Positions 28,646 to 43,380 of a DNA stretch of 64,000 nucleotides are shown here, piece by piece; the stretch's first letter is position 1; the number at the start of each line of letters is the position of its first letter. The notes beneath the pieces were generated by a model. It was not told the origin of the DNA, did not search any database, and worked only from the letters and a program-made list of their open reading frames with translations. Where the stretch lies: the NCBI GenBank assembly GCA_951406725.2, contig OX597831.1:60326001-60390000 (forward strand), written 5' to 3'. A program made the position numbers and the translations under genes. Source of the DNA: Octopus vulgaris (taxonomy: Eukaryota).

Positions 28646-28694
<49 letters not shown>

Positions 28695-28868
28695 CACATA
28701 TATACGACGGGCTTCTTTCAGTTTCCCTCTACCAAATCCACTCACAAGGCTTTGGTCAGCCCAAGGCTATATTAGAAGACACTTGCCCAACGTGCCACGC
28801 AGTGGGACTGAACCCGGAACCATGTGGTTGTTAAACAAGCTACTTACCACACAGCCACTCCTACGCCT
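28025..28868 (-). mobile_element. SINE (8470-8930 family) whose internal microsatellite is interrupted by a palindromic insertion
   Basis: Tail at 28025-28215 and head at 28703-28868 match the family. A foreign block lies at 28279-28651. Confidence 0.85.
28325..28651. repeat. Near-perfect 327-bp palindrome (fold-back), probably derived from a PLE terminus
   Basis: Arms of about 160 bp are reverse complements with few mismatches, centred at TTACATCGATGTAA (28487/28488). Carries GAAACCGGTC (28516-28525). Confidence 0.9.
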
Positions 28869-28885
28869 ATGCATATTCACATATA

Positions 28886-28959
<74 letters not shown>

Positions 28960-29479
28960 CTGTGATGGGAATACTAAGGCTTATCATGTCATAAGTACAG
29001 TTGCTTCTGTAATTAAGTAACATTCCCTATTGGAACAGTCTCTCAGATACTCACTGTGTTTAATAAAGTGTGATATTCTTTCCTACAGCATCAGGGAGAT
29101 TCACATGAAACTTATTAATTATCTTGCATCACTTTAGTTTAAATAACACTACGGTATTATTTAAAAGTTATATAATGACATAGTGGAGATAACAGTAATT
29201 GTCTCCGGAGAAAATTAGGAAGATTAAAGAGATTAACTAAGAGACATACTTCAGAGTGTCCAGTAGCATGCTTATAAGTAACTTAGACAAATACTTGTAT
29301 ATCAAATACCATACAGCCATTGTCAGCTTTATCACAGAACTTAGTTGTGCATAAGCACAAGTCCCCGTTTTTTCGCGCTACTTACATGCCATTATATATT
29401 CGTTCTACACCTGTTTATTAAAGTTCTTACGGTATCTGATGTCCATTGTCCGGAAATTTTTCTTCACACATCTGTAATC

Positions 29480-30346
29480 TCTGCAGCAACTCTTTCCGTC
29501 ACGTGTGTCCTCCGGCTCCGTTTAGTCCATTCTCTCCTTCTATGCGTATGAGATATGTGGCACATCGGTAGGGCGTTATATGCATGGGAATATAAGTATC
29601 GTGTTATCATAACAAGAAATATGGTATCCTCAGGCATTAATATTGAAGTATTATCGGTCCAATACAATGTATTTTTTATCGTAACTCTCGAGGAACTAGC
29701 AGAGAAGCTTGGAATTGATCATTCAACCATTTATCGACTCCTGCTTGCCATCGGAAAAGCCAGCAAATTTGGTCAATGGGTTCCTTACAAACTTTCCGAG
29801 TCTAATCGCGCACAGTGAGTGAATGTGTGCTCTTCATTGCTGTCATGTCTCACGAATGAACTTTTTTTTTAACCGAATAATGGCTGATGATGAGAAATGG
29901 GTTATCTATTAAAAATGTCAAGCGCGGAAGACAGTGGTTAGGGAAAGGTTCTTTAGTTTGGAGACGAAAGGAGTTCTTCTATCAGGATAATGATCGGCCA
30001 CATACAGCGATGATATTCCAAAGGCTGGAACAGTTTGAATGAGAAACGATGTCCCACCCACTATATCTGCCGGACATTATCTCATCTGATTATCATTTAT
30101 TCCGCAGTCTTCAAAGGCATTTGGACGGAAAAAAATACGAAATCTGTAGACGGGGTCAGAACAATACTGGAGCGGTATTTTTCGTCACGGACAAGAGAAG
30201 TTTAGAAGAGGACCTTTGCAAGTTTAGCATATAGATGGAAGAGCATTGTAGAAAATGAAGGAGAGTATATTTTAGATTAAAACAGAACTTTCTTAATTTT
30301 GAAAAAAAGTATAACAAACCGCATTCTTTATGGGATGACCCAATAC
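29480..30346 (+). mobile_element. Decayed mariner (DD34D) transposon with internal deletion
   Basis: TLEELAEKLGIDHSTIYRLL..IGK..KFGQWVPYKLSE (WVPHEL motif), I.ADDEKW, QDNDRPHT and HPLYLPDIISSDYHLFRSLQ (YSPDLAPSDY motif). Right TIR CGCATTCTTTATGGGATGACCCAATA. Confidence 0.9.
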
Positions 30347-30934
30347 AACTGGAAAGAGAGGGGTCTTGTAAAGTGTTAATACTTAATGCCTATTTATTTT
30401 AATGTATGTACAGTTTTCTTGTCAAATTCGTAGCAGGCGTATCTACGTATGTTTTTGTAAGATAAAGTGGGCTCAATAATGATTCACTCGGGTCAATGCA
30501 ATCAATGTTACACCACGATTGCATATTAGCAATGGAACGAGATTGTTTTCATTTAACATCTAATTATATCAGTTGCTCTTTGTGGTCCTTGTTCAAACTG
30601 ATGCCACCTATAGCAATATAAACTACTATTCAAATCTATAAAGCCACATGTTTCTTGAAGTTATTTGGAAATTAAGGTGTTTATTTAAGTGGTCGAAGGG
30701 GCATAATATATTTTAAGTGGTTATTTCGTGAATACTTTGAAATGTAAACCTTGTATCTTTCTTATCACATTACAACACCTGGTTATCCAATTATCGCTAG
30801 GTTATCAACAATTCAAAACTTTAAAGCTACTAATAAATTTTCGTTTCTTTCCAGACTGCTCGGAAAAATTATCGACTCAGTCGTAATCCCCGTGGTCAAG
30901 ATTACACTTCCAGTATTCCAAAAGCTACAAAGCT

Positions 30935-31835
30935 TTCCGAAATGGACCAAGGAAAGATTTTTGCACTAAAAGCGGATGGAATGATCAACCGAAAGATTGC
31001 CGCGAAGATTCAGGGGAGCAGAACGCCAGTGAACAGCTGTCTGAAAGGTCCTGACGGCTACAACAGGGATGTCTCAAGGCTCCATCAGAAAGGGATGAAA
31101 GGGCCATTGTCAGAGCTGTGAGGATTTTACGCTGCTCTTCTGTTTCATAAATCAAGGTATCAGCAGGAGTAGGAACCTCGACAGCCACTGCAAGAAGAGT
31201 GATTTTGAATCAGCGTTTCCACCTCAAGAAGTGGCTGTGGTATCCGTTATTTCCCCATCCCACAAAGCTGTTAGAATTGTGTTTGCTCGGCAGCATCAAA
31301 CATGAGACGGTGAATGGACCAGGGTTCTGTTCTCTGACGTGGAAAAATGGAATATGGATGTCAATGAAGATTAGATGTATTACTAGGCAATTAAACATAT
31401 TAAAATTTCTAATGATTCCAAGTGACAGAACGGTGGAGGAGGTTTTATGGTGCGGGGTGTAATATCTGCTAATGGGGAGCTACTAATTGTGACATGGTTG
31501 GCCATTTCAATGCTGCACGATACCTCGAGAATTTTATATTTCAACAGGACAATGCTTCTATTCATAGAGCAAAGAAACTTTGGATGTCTTCCATGCAATT
31601 GGTGATGAAATTAATCCGGCAGGGTGTTCCGACCATAATACTGCAGAGAATGCCTGGGGATATTTCACAAATGTTGTGCAAATCAAAGGCAGGCAATATT
31701 CATCTATTGATCAATTTGAAACGGCCATAAAGAAGCCCTGGGCCGAGATTGCACTTGATTTGCTGCAGAAGTTGATTGGAACATGAAATCGCGTCTTTGA
31801 GGTAATTCAGGAAGGAGGTCAAACACACTATTGTT
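30935..31835 (+). mobile_element. Decayed Tc1/Tc3-family transposase
   Basis: Fragments DGMINRKIAAKIQGSRTPVN..LK.PDGY, VLFSDVEKWNMD, QNGGGGFMV.G.IS, FIFQQDNASIHRAK, PAGCSDHNTAENAWG and RQYSSIDQFETAIKKPWAEI. Multiple frameshifts. Confidence 0.88.
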
Positions 31836-32118
31836 GGTGTATAGCATGAGAATATCATTGAAATATATCATAATGTCTCTGTTTCGCATAATTTTTGCTA
31901 CTTTATTCAACATGGAGTTAAACTTTTCAATAGACTGTTTCTGGCTCTCTATGTTTTTTTAAAAATTATAATCTAATTCATTTTTGCATTTCAATAAATT
32001 TGAATATTGTATTGCATTCTTGTATTACGTTTCCTATAAAGAAGCGAGTTTCATGAATTTGATAGAGTGCGGAAGAGAAAACAGATAGAGAACGTCCTGG
32101 CTTTATTGTTTTAAAAAG

Positions 32119-32188
<70 letters not shown>

Positions 32189-34869
32189 ATATTGAAAATG
32201 TAATTTTAAGATCAATTGATCTGCGTGTGGGGAGTTAGTAAGCTTCGAATAGTCCGTAATAGATATGAAAAACAACTTTCAGTAAATATGATAGTTTATA
32301 GGCGCAGATGGTTGGAACTTCGATAAGCTCTAATTCCCGCCTTTTACTTCTTTCGCTTTCCTTCTTGTTTTCCAGTTTTCAACATTCCACATGTTTTATC
32401 TACTACTTTCTCGCCATTTATCGTTTTATCTCTCATCCTAACACAACTTATTATGTCATGTGGGCAGTACGTGAATATTAGGCTGAGACATCTGATGTGT
32501 TTACAAATACTGTCTGGCGTACTTTCATCACTTGAAACTACCAGTAGCACAAAAACATATATTGTGTTCATCAAATAACAGTTATATAACTCCAGATGGA
32601 GTACTTTATTGTTCATCTTAGCATCACGGAGCAGTACATTTTGTGTGTGCGTGTGTGCATTTGTGTATACACATATATATGTGCGTGTGTGTATGTGTGT
32701 GTATGTATATGTACACGGTGGTATTCTTTTATTGTCCGTCTAACAAATCCACTCACAAGGCTTTGGTAAGCCCGAGGCTATATTGGAAGACATTTCAAAA
32801 ATTTACATTTAAATTTACAGGATCGTAGATTGGTGTATAATGTTCCATGAGAACTGATAAATGTTTTGGCTTTTAAAATCATACCTGGTATGTGACGTGG
32901 TTATTATGTGATTATTGTCTTTTGCAGGTCAATGTTTTGTATATTAATTGTATCTACCCTTCATTGCGATAAGACTTCTTTGCGAAAATCTTCTATCACA
33001 TTTGAATGATCTTGTAAATAGATGTCAGTGTAAAAAGTATGAGAGAGAGAGAGAGGGAGAGAGGGAGGGAGAGCTGAAGGCGAACAAAAAAAGTGAGAGA
33101 AAAAGAAAAAGAGATAAAGAGAGGGATATTCATGGAGAGTTACAGAGTGGTATTTGTCCGACCAATATAGCATTTAAAAAAGCACACCAATGTGCAAAGC
33201 CATACATGTATATGTATATATATATATTTATGTACTATTATTTGTTTCATGTGTTGACAGCATGACAAAAATATTTTCTAACACGACTGGTGTCTCAGCT
33301 CAATCTTCAGACACTGCTCACATGGTATAACAAGGTAATAATAGGACGACATATTGAGAGAAAAGGCGAGAAAAGGCAACAAAGAAATATATATAAAAAG
33401 AAGGCTGCAAAACCGGGAAACGGAAAAGAAAAATTAAAGAAGTAAATCTGGGTAGGAATTAAATTTATTTAACGTTTGACCGCAAAATACACGGCTGAAA
33501 ATTTAGTCGCTTAGTTTTTGTGGCACAGGCTTTCAAAACGAAGAGGGTGGCACATTCCAATTTGTCAACAGGAACTTATCCATATGCTTACAACTGCTAA
33601 AACGTTTGAAATGAACAGCTGTAACACAGACTCTGAGCCACTGTCTTTTCAAACTTATAGTTTAACGTCAAAAGGAAATAACTCCCTCCCGCACCTATTT
33701 GTTTCCTTTTGTCTTTTTTTGTGTTCCGGTGTTTCAACCTTACATATTTTATATCTACTCCTTTCTTGGCTTTTCTCGCTTTCCCTTTCATCTTCTCGTC
33801 CCAGTTTGAGTTTGTTATATCATGTGGGCAGTGCCTTCTGATCGTGCTTCGACACCAGACATGTTCAAAAATATTGTTAGGCAAACTCTCTTCACATGGA
33901 ACTAATAGTAGCGCTTAAATAATATATTTTGCTTATTACATGATATATATATGTGTGTATGTGTGTATGTGTATGTACGTACGCATGTATATGTATGTAT
34001 GAGTTCATGTGTATATATGTATGTATATATATATGCATTTAAATATAAATATATATACACACATATATAGACATTATATATGTGTGTGTATGCACCGATG
34101 TGTGTATGTACACACACTGTCACACACGTACACTAACACACACACACATATATTATATGTAGACGATGCACATTCACGGCAAAACTAATAAACAGAACAC
34201 CTTGCTTTACGCTTGGATAGCTTTTTAAGAATGAATTAAATTCAAATGTCAGGCTAAAAACACAAGTGACAATTAAAGATCACTTTAAAATACCGCCTTA
34301 ATCCGATTATTAAAATAGCAAGATTGATTAGTCAATTTAATATGATGGATGTTTGTCTCTTGTATTAGCAGTTATTTATATCAAACTAAGGCAGAATCTA
34401 CACAATTATGTTAAACATAATATTTTGTTCTGAAAATGTTTTCATTCTTCGTTTTTATGATAACATTTATTCCATTTCGGTTTGCTGAACTTCCTCTTAT
34501 TTCGAAATCAAATGGTTTACAAAACAACAGGGTATATATTCTGTTTTCTATCCAAGTTTCTATCAAGTTCGAAGAAATCGACTGTGGTCGTAACTGGATA
34601 AATATAGGTGCCACCCTCTATAAAACGTTGTATATTACGACTCAAGTGCGCCCGTACAACCTTCACCAAGATGCAAGTGTCATTGTTAGAGCATGCTGAA
34701 ATCAACGGGCACAGACACAGAAAATGCCTACATGTATATATATATATATATTTCTTTATATACAGATATATATATATATATTTTATATACACACACACAT
34801 ATATATACATATATATATGTACATATATATATATATTTATATGTATATATATATATATATATACATATT

Positions 34870-34916
<47 letters not shown>

Positions 34917-34976
34917 GTATATATATATCTCTATCTATATATATATATATATACATATTTATATATCAATAAATAA

Positions 34977-35013
<37 letters not shown>

Positions 35014-36084
35014 CGTGTGTATTTGTGTCAGTGTGTATATATTTTTGAACATATATCATGTGTATTGAAGGAACTCTGTGTTAATTATTCAAAAGTTCTA
35101 TTAGAACCGAAAAAGGAAATATTCCTATATAAATAATTCCGACTCCATGTGACTAGAACTCATTATTATACACAACTAGAAAATATGATAATGTGAGATT
35201 GTGACATTGACTTAATTCTCCCACTTACATTGCATTACAAAACATTGTCGTCTGCTAGAGTTTTGCCATGCCACTATAAAAGACTTGTTAGAGTAACCAA
35301 TTGCTTTAAGATTTGAGTTATTATGCACATGTCAAATGCTTAAAACGCATTATGTACAAGTGTCTTTGCATTTTTGTATCAATATATTGATATATTTTCC
35401 TCGGATTGTCGTTGAAATTATTTTCGTCGATGCCAACAATTCGTGCCTTTATGAACCTTTCGTTCATGTCTTTTAAAATGCATTAAAAAGTTTATAGTTT
35501 AACTTGTTTTGAGATCCAATTCGCTAGAAATACAGTGTTGTTTAAATGCAATATACGTGAAATATGTGTGTGACTTGAAAAAGATGTAAGTATGCATGAG
35601 GATGCTACACATGCTTAAAGACACTTGGCAGGCTGGGTTAAAATTACATATTAGTGACAGGGGCTGTTTTATTTCAAATAGCTTTCTCTATGTTTTACTT
35701 AATGTAAATATACTGCAGAATGCAAAACAACGCAGTATTCATTGGTCATACAGAAGTATAGCAATAGAAATTGAAGTCGTCTAGATGAAAGGTGTCGAAA
35801 ACTGTCGAATGTGTGCGGAAAATGTCATTTGCAGTGGAATCGTTAAATCAAGATTTCTGCTTATTCGAGCGTATTCAGTTGCAATTATTCAATACTGATT
35901 GCTTACTCAGACAGACAGGTACACATACACATACCTACACACACACACACACACACATTTACATACAAATACATACGCACACTAATACATATATGTATAT
36001 GTACGTATTTATGTATATGTGTGGAAATGTGTATGTGGAAATGATCGCGTATGCACGTATACATATATTTAAAGTATTTCACGT

Positions 36085-37215
36085 TTAGAATTTCTGAAAA
36101 ATTTTAAATTTTCAAATATTTAAAAATTTTATTCTTTTATTTCATATATTCCTTTGCTTTATTTATTTTCATTAGCCTTCTTATGTATTTTTATATTCCT
36201 TAGAATTCTTTCGATTTTTTAAAAAATTACTTTAATTTTAATTAGTTTTACATTTTAATAATCAATTTATTATATATTTCATTTTTTATAATTCTTTTAA
36301 TTTAATTTAATCTAAAAATATATTCGACCTTCAATTTTATTTTGGTTTGAAATAACTCGAATTCATTTTATTTTAAACACACATTTCTCTCACTATACTT
36401 TATATTCAAACACACCAAGGCTTCCTCACATTTCCCATCATAATATAGGTATTTCTGATCTTTAAATTTCTAATACAATTCCCTCATTTTGACAAAATAT
36501 CAATGACCAGATTTATAATTGGCCGATATAAAATTTCAATATTTTTAGAGTATCTGCCCTGAAAACAATGTAAATATTTTCATGTGTGACAACCCAATTA
36601 CAAACACATTTCATGACTGTTTTTCCTTGATTTCAGCTATTCGCAGCCCTTTTTTTCTATCCAATGCCTCCCTTTCTCTACCCCTTCCTCTCGTCTTTTT
36701 TTTATCTTCACTACAATCATTTTCTTCCAAATCATCGCCTCTTTCTCTCTCTTCCACTTACATTATTCTTATTTCCTCTCTTCTCCTCCTCCATGCCCGC
36801 ACCGTTCCTTCACTGTTCCTTTTTGTTATAACCAGAAATGAATTTGATGAAAGAAGCATACATTTTTTAGGTCGTTCAATTTATGTCAAATAAGCAATCG
36901 ACAGGTCTAGTAAACCTATCAATAACGAACATACAATGTCTGGAAACAGCTGTAAGTCAAATTTACTACTATAAAAAAATACATAATGGGCACTGTTTAT
37001 ACTATATCTTGTATATTACTATGTTTACAAAACAACAATATAAATGGAGCACAACCACGGTTTTACAGTATAGAATGGTGTTGAACTATAACCACTGTTC
37101 CTGCCACAAAAATGTGTAGAGTTCTTTAGTAATCGAAACAATATTGTTGGTCTGATTATTGTCACGGAGCATAAAAAATATTTTCCCAGGTAGGTGATCC
37201 CTCACTAATAAATCT
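36085..37215 (+). mobile_element. Probable non-coding PLE 3' end with half hammerhead
   Basis: AT-rich then CT-rich tract followed by GAAACAGCTGTAAG (36943-36956), the same HHR 3' half as at 5089-5104. CUGANGA half absent. Ends in (TA)n. Confidence 0.4.
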
Positions 37216-38076
37216 TATATATATATATATATATAATTATATATGTTACACACATGCACACAGACACACACACACATACATATATGGTGAAGGCTTTTTG
37301 CTCACATTAAAGAAATATGGTTGAAAAAAAAGACATTGTCTGAAACATGATATTGTTACTTTTATTTTTTTTATTTTTACACTTTTGAAATGATGTTGAT
37401 ATATTCTAAAATCTTTTTGACTTTCATATTTTTGTAATGATGAACTTCTGTTTTTGTGACCAAAAAAAAAACAGTATACATCCAACACACACGACTGTAT
37501 TATGGGAATAAATTATTCCTATTATGTAGAATTGTGACTTTTCATTTTGTTTGTCTCTTTCTTCATGTAGCCCCACCAAAAAATATACGGCATTAATTTA
37601 ATGATCTTAACTTTCGACGTATTATATTACGCATCAAAATATTTGCAATAAATTCTTGCCTTTACGACAATTGATATCATAAGTAGCTTGCGTTCATAAT
37701 GCTTAAAATCTCAATTCAATTCATTGCTTTTAAGTTATAAATGAGACAAGAACCCCATGATCGCCATTAACGCACGTTCTGAATGATTTCAATATTTTTA
37801 TGTAATTTAAGACATATAATAATTCATCCATATTTCCGCTTCCGTAATAAAATTTTCGATAAATATATATATTTTCAATGTTAACATATCTTGAGTAGCA
37901 TTATATTCAAATAAAGATATCAAATAAACTGGCATTCAAATAAAAATATAAACAGGCAAAATAGCTTTCAGATATAATACAAATGATTAAATCCACATCA
38001 AAAGGAACAGGTTCATAAACATCCATATTGTTAAATAATACTTAAATCAAAAAGTGAGCAAGCATGCATATGCAAC

Positions 38077-38123
38077 CAAGCTCGAACATACCCTTGCAAG
38101 CTCGAACATACCCTTGCAAGCTC
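38077..38123. repeat. 20-bp tandem duplication
   Basis: CAAGCTCGAACATACCCTTG twice, plus CAAGCTC. Confidence 0.9.
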
Positions 38124-38265
38124 TCACTGACATAGCGACATAAACAATTATGCGTGAGCTGTGTATACGTGTGAATGCATATGTATGCTTGCACGTATGC
38201 ATGAAACTCCCAGAAACATATATATTATATATGCTATATTATATGGTTGCATGTAAGAAAATATA

Positions 38266-38357
<92 letters not shown>

Positions 38358-38456
38358 CATATATATATATATATACTTTTATATATTTATATATGTAAAT
38401 ATTTTCATATATGTATATATATATATGTGTGTGTGTGCATGTATATATATTATATA

Positions 38457-38509
<53 letters not shown>

Positions 38510-38576
38510 ATATATATTTATGTATATATATATATTTATATATATATATATATGTTTATATATATCTATCTATCTA

Positions 38577-38643
<67 letters not shown>

Positions 38644-39974
38644 TTATATACTTATATATACATATCACATAAATAAATAACAATAATATGTTTCAAAGCA
38701 CATAGAGAATTCATTATTTTTATTTTATTAATTTTTCTCATTCAAAGCTTTAGATAAAGAAGAATTTACGAGAAGCGAACATTCCAAAGGTTTTAATATA
38801 AAGGCAGGAATGAAATTTCTTTGTTTTCCTTGAATAAATGATTGTCATAAGATATTTAACTAACAGTGTAAAAAAAATAGGAGTTTCAGGAATATTAAAA
38901 TACTTCCTAACGCGTTCCTTCCGTTATTTAATAGAAATGCAAAAGCTCACGCTGACACACATAAAAATAAACGTCATGAACGACAAATAACTACGAAATA
39001 TATTCAACTCTCAACGCGCCATCATCAAATCCAGATGAGGCAAGCATGGTCTTAAAGGAAATATGTAAGATCTTCAGTCTTACTGCATATAAAACGTGTT
39101 TGAATACACAGAATATATGGCCAAAAGAACATGAATACACACTAAACACATGCAGTCATACGTACGCATACTCACACACACACATACACAGAAACAAATT
39201 TAATTAATATAAAACATGGATACGTCTTAACTTTCTCTTTGTGATAATCACTTATATTAGTCTTTCTCATTGTGCCTTGGATTATCGGTCTCTCCTAATC
39301 GGATACTGTAGATTACAGTTAATATCAAAATTTGAATATGGGGCATTGCTCATTAAATTTTAATTCATGAAACTGATAAATCTTAAATACTTATTTGAGT
39401 GAAGAACGCTTTCCACTACAAGTTGTATGTAAGAGTTCTTGGAATCTGGCTGAGACGCTAGCTACTATCATTCAGCATAATCAAATATCAGTTACCAATC
39501 GCCATCTTGAGGGAGAGCCAATGAACTGTAATTTAAAAGAGTAAAACTTGTTTTAGAAGTCAAAATCTTAATATAAAATGTATGACATTGTTTTAGAATT
39601 CTTCTTAAGGGTGCTGAATGCTAATTTTTCGGTCTCTGCATTAATTCATATATTTCATACTAAAACAGGAAAATCTTGACACAAAGAAATTGAGATCCGC
39701 ATTATCACTGCAGTGTACGCATATATTTTTTACTGGAAACAATATATGGTTACCGAAAAGTATTTAAGGAAATGAATTGCTTACATTGTGGAAGACCGAA
39801 TGCCAAATATTTCATAACTAGGATATGTGGGGAGAAAGTGCATGATTTCATAGCCTAGAAATAAACATAAGCATTAACGACATTAAATGATGTAAATATA
39901 TTTTTTGAGTCTACGAGTGAAAGTGAAAATTATTGCATGTAATAGCTTAGTTGATGTCTAACGCAAATACTAGC

Positions 39975-40980
39975 AGAATGGGTTAATTCCAAGCGCTGTT
40001 ATTCGTAGCGTGGTGGCGCTGCTGCTGTAAAAGGATCCAAATGAAGGAGACGAAGAAGATAATTTTAGGTCCGTAACTCTACTGAAAGCAGATTTTAAAA
40101 AGTTAGCGCAATGGTCTACGGTGTGAAGATATGGGTTAACCCATGCAATGTATTCACGACAATCTACACACCACACGATACATCATAGAGAGGGTAGATA
40201 AGGAAACTATCTTGGGGGGAAGGGGTCCCGTTCAATTTGGATCAATTAAAAGGTTTTGATAGGGTCGATCTCTAATGTTTGGAGGTTGATAACTTAGTAA
40301 TCGATTTTCAGAGGCTGGATCGCTGAAAATTACCGCGATATTTGATTGGTTGTCTATGTGAGTGGCCACCAATTCGGCATCCGTTAGCATCGCAAATTCA
40401 GTCAGTCAAGTATGCTCATTCTGACCCTTTCTGTACGTGCTTGCTCTCAAACCATTGCTACGAGACCTGGATGTCCGAGGGGCATGCCGAACGAACTAGG
40501 ACGTGGGATCATCGTGTCGGTTTATCAGTAATAGTGTTGGACTTGCTCGGAATCAGGGTGATCGCCAATATATTAAGGGTATGGGAAACATTGACAGACG
40601 TAAAGGCGAACCAGAAGTTTCTCGGTTTGAAGCCAGGTTCAAGAGAAGGAGGTCCATAACATCCGATAGAGTCGTAGGGCGCTGGAGGGAACGACCGATT
40701 AAATTGGTCGGAGTCTACTTTGGACCGGACGTCCGAGTGGACACAAATTGCTGAATGATAACAGGCTGAGTGGTCGCCAGTCTCATCCAGAAATGTGGAG
40801 ACTTGATGCTGTACGTGAAGGCTCCCGAAGAGGTGGTGAATGCGTACATCGCTTCCATTATCTACTGCCTTGCTTCTTGGCTGAACATGCTAGAGCAATT
40901 GTTCTTCTGATTGCTGTTGAGATGACGAGTTCCGCTTCTCACATGGTCCATCAGCTGCCATTCAGTGGCTACCGGCAGTA
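39975..40980 (+). mobile_element. Decayed L1/Tx1-clade LINE RT fragment
   Basis: NFRSVTLLKADFKKLA (cf. NFRPITLLNxDYKILA), NLDQLKGFDRVD (cf. LDQxKAFDRVDH) and WRERPIKLVGVYFGPD. Heavily frameshifted. Confidence 0.8.
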
Positions 40981-42149
40981 GTCTGTTTCTGAGAGCTATT
41001 CTATTGGACCTCTGTCTAATCATTAAAACATTGTTTTAATGATCCAGCATTAAGTGCTGCAACATGCATTTGCTGATGTGGAGAAAATCTCATCTAGCTT
41101 CTCTCTTCAGACTCTCGCCTTCGGCTTTCTACAATTCTCCTTGCTTTATACTTGTTTCTGGGGAGAAAACGTTTTTCTTTGGTGCCATAATTTTTCCAAT
41201 ATTGTATACAAAATATTATAAATACAGAGAGAAATTGTACATTAATCCCGATATTCATAAGCAGTTGTACCCATAAAAGTTTTATTTGAAAAGAGCAGAT
41301 ATTAAAAAAAGAGAAAGCGAAAAGAACAGATAGAAATTGAAAGATGTATGTACGTCTATATGAAGTGGACCTGTGTGTGTGCCTGTGTGTGTGCGTGCGT
41401 GCTTGCATGCGCGTATGTATGTGAGAGATAAAGCGGGTAAGAAAAAGAGATAGAATGAGTGAGTGAAGGTGTGTATCATGATGATTGATGTCTTTTAAGG
41501 TACACACACATATAGAAAATGTATCATTATCGTATAAAATGTTTACGATAGTTGATTTATAGAAAAGATTATGTTAAATTTTTGAAATGCAAATATGTGT
41601 ATGTAAATTAAGTTAAAATTGTTGCGTAAATAGTACTGAATCTTTTGATATATATATATATTTATACATAGGACAATATCTCGCATTACAATACGCACGT
41701 AATACTAAAATGCTTTAAGAGATCGCTCTCGGCTCTCATTACGCAAGAAGTTGGAAAGTTTTAGGGCCTATGAAACTGCATGGACCTTGACGTTTTTATT
41801 TAACACCTGTTGCTTTAAATATTTTATTTTGATTTTATGTATATATGTATGTAGAAGCTAATGAAAGAGACCTCTACATGGTCACTAGACCTGGTAGAAA
41901 TAGCAACCAAATCTCCCTAAAAACAGCCTACTGTCTTAATGTAAGAATTCTGCCTATTATGTAGTTTGGATGAGAAACTGTAACTAAAGATTAAGATTCT
42001 TAACTCCACAGAGAAAAGAAAGAAGAGAGGCAGCAAAGCGACGGTTTTAGCTGACTGACATCCTGTGCTCTCTTGTTGCTAGCGAAATGGTATCTGCCGG
42101 CTGTCTGAGCAAATGGTTGCAATTAATGGCGGTAGAAACATGACAAAAA

Positions 42150-42570
42150 AGATTACAAAAATAGCGATCCTCACTTTGAAAATTTTGAAAATCGTTTTAG
42201 ATTACGGAACGGCCATACAAGAGCGATGACATTCGTAGAGAAGCTCTAGGTGCCGGCAGGGTTCAATTAACTGCTCTGTTTTGGAGACTTTCGGTACGAG
42301 ACCTACATATAATTTCCAGAATTCTCTGGCATGGCACTGATACCGATGTGCTCTAACGGTTCGAGACTCATTCTATAGATATGTAAGTTCTATCAAATGG
42401 ACTTGTCCAAGGTATGCAGATGGTGGCAAAACTGTTTCACGTGTACTCGTTCATCGCCCGGGCATTGTTGACTTACGGAAGCTTGTGGAATAGACCTGGT
42501 TATCAACCGGGTCCATACTGAAGATCGCCCCGCTACTTTCTTTTGGCTTGGAAGGACGGGCTGGTTGATA
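42150..42570 (+). mobile_element. L1/Tx1-clade LINE C-terminal (zf-RVT) fragment
   Basis: FQNSLAWH*YRCALTVRDSFYR..CPRYADGGKTVSRVLVHRPGIVDL, a degenerate form of LAW..YR.ALPVRD..CPRC..ETV.H.L..CP. Confidence 0.65.
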
Positions 42571-42574
42571 AAAG

Positions 42575-43140
42575 GAGGAACAGTGTTGTGCCCTTGATAT
42601 CTTCTTCATTGATCAATGCATTAAATTGCATCTATTTATAGCAACTACTAAACTTTTTTTTATCCAAAATGCCTGTACACCATCAGGTCCTGCTGCTTTC
42701 CAATTGCTTATGTATTTATTCATATTTCAGAAACGGTCTTCTGTGACCAGGATAGCCTTTTGCTGGAGATAAGAATCTATTTACATCAGGCTGCACGGCC
42801 AGTCGGCTGTAGTATTATGTTTTCCTTGCATACTCCATATCTTACCCGACCAAAAAAGTCGACTTTCATCAGCATCAGGGACTAACATTTCACTTTTTAT
42901 CATCTTTAATCTATTGGTAAAATCTTTTTTTGAAAGGTTCTAAACACTTTGTTTGCTGGAATTGCTTAGTCTGTTGTTCAAAACCCAGTTAGCTTTGTGT
43001 GCGCCGATTCATGCCTTTTGTATCTACACCATACTTCTTCCTAACCTTTTCGAATTTCAATTCATTCTTAAGTTCTTTATTTATCTTCCTGATAAGTACT
43101 GACACTATACTGTTCAAAGAGTTTACAGCTTCAGAAATTC
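42575..43140 (-). mobile_element. R4/Dong-clade non-LTR retrotransposon fragment (pre-RT region)
   Basis: Minus strand gives KRFYQ..PDADESRLFWS..IWS...HNTTADW..ISNWKAAGPDGVQAFWIKK. Confidence 0.75.
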
Positions 43141-43184
43141 TCTTATATCTTCAGAAATTATTATTGTTATTATTATTATTATTA

Positions 43185-43380
43185 TTAAGACGGCAATCTG
43201 GTAGAATTTTTACTGTTCTGGCCAAATGCTTAGAGGCATTTCGTCTGTTTTAAAGGCCTGAGTTCAAATTCCGCCGAGGTCGACTTTGATTTCAACATGT
43301 TTCACTTGAACACGGGTTGATATAATCGAAGAGCCACTCTCCTCAAATTTCAGGCCTAGTGCCAATAGTACAAAGGTATA
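43185..43380 (+). mobile_element. Degenerate Nin/Deu-domain SINE
   Basis: CTGAGTTCAAATTCCGCCGAGGTCGACTTTG..CAAATTTCAGGCCTAGTGCC after (TTA)n. Confidence 0.7.

Noticed and set aside
39400-39530. Minus-strand peptide QDGDW*LIFD resembling DYRWKLIFD at about 25050
   Set aside because: The match is too short and surrounded by stops, so chance similarity cannot be excluded.
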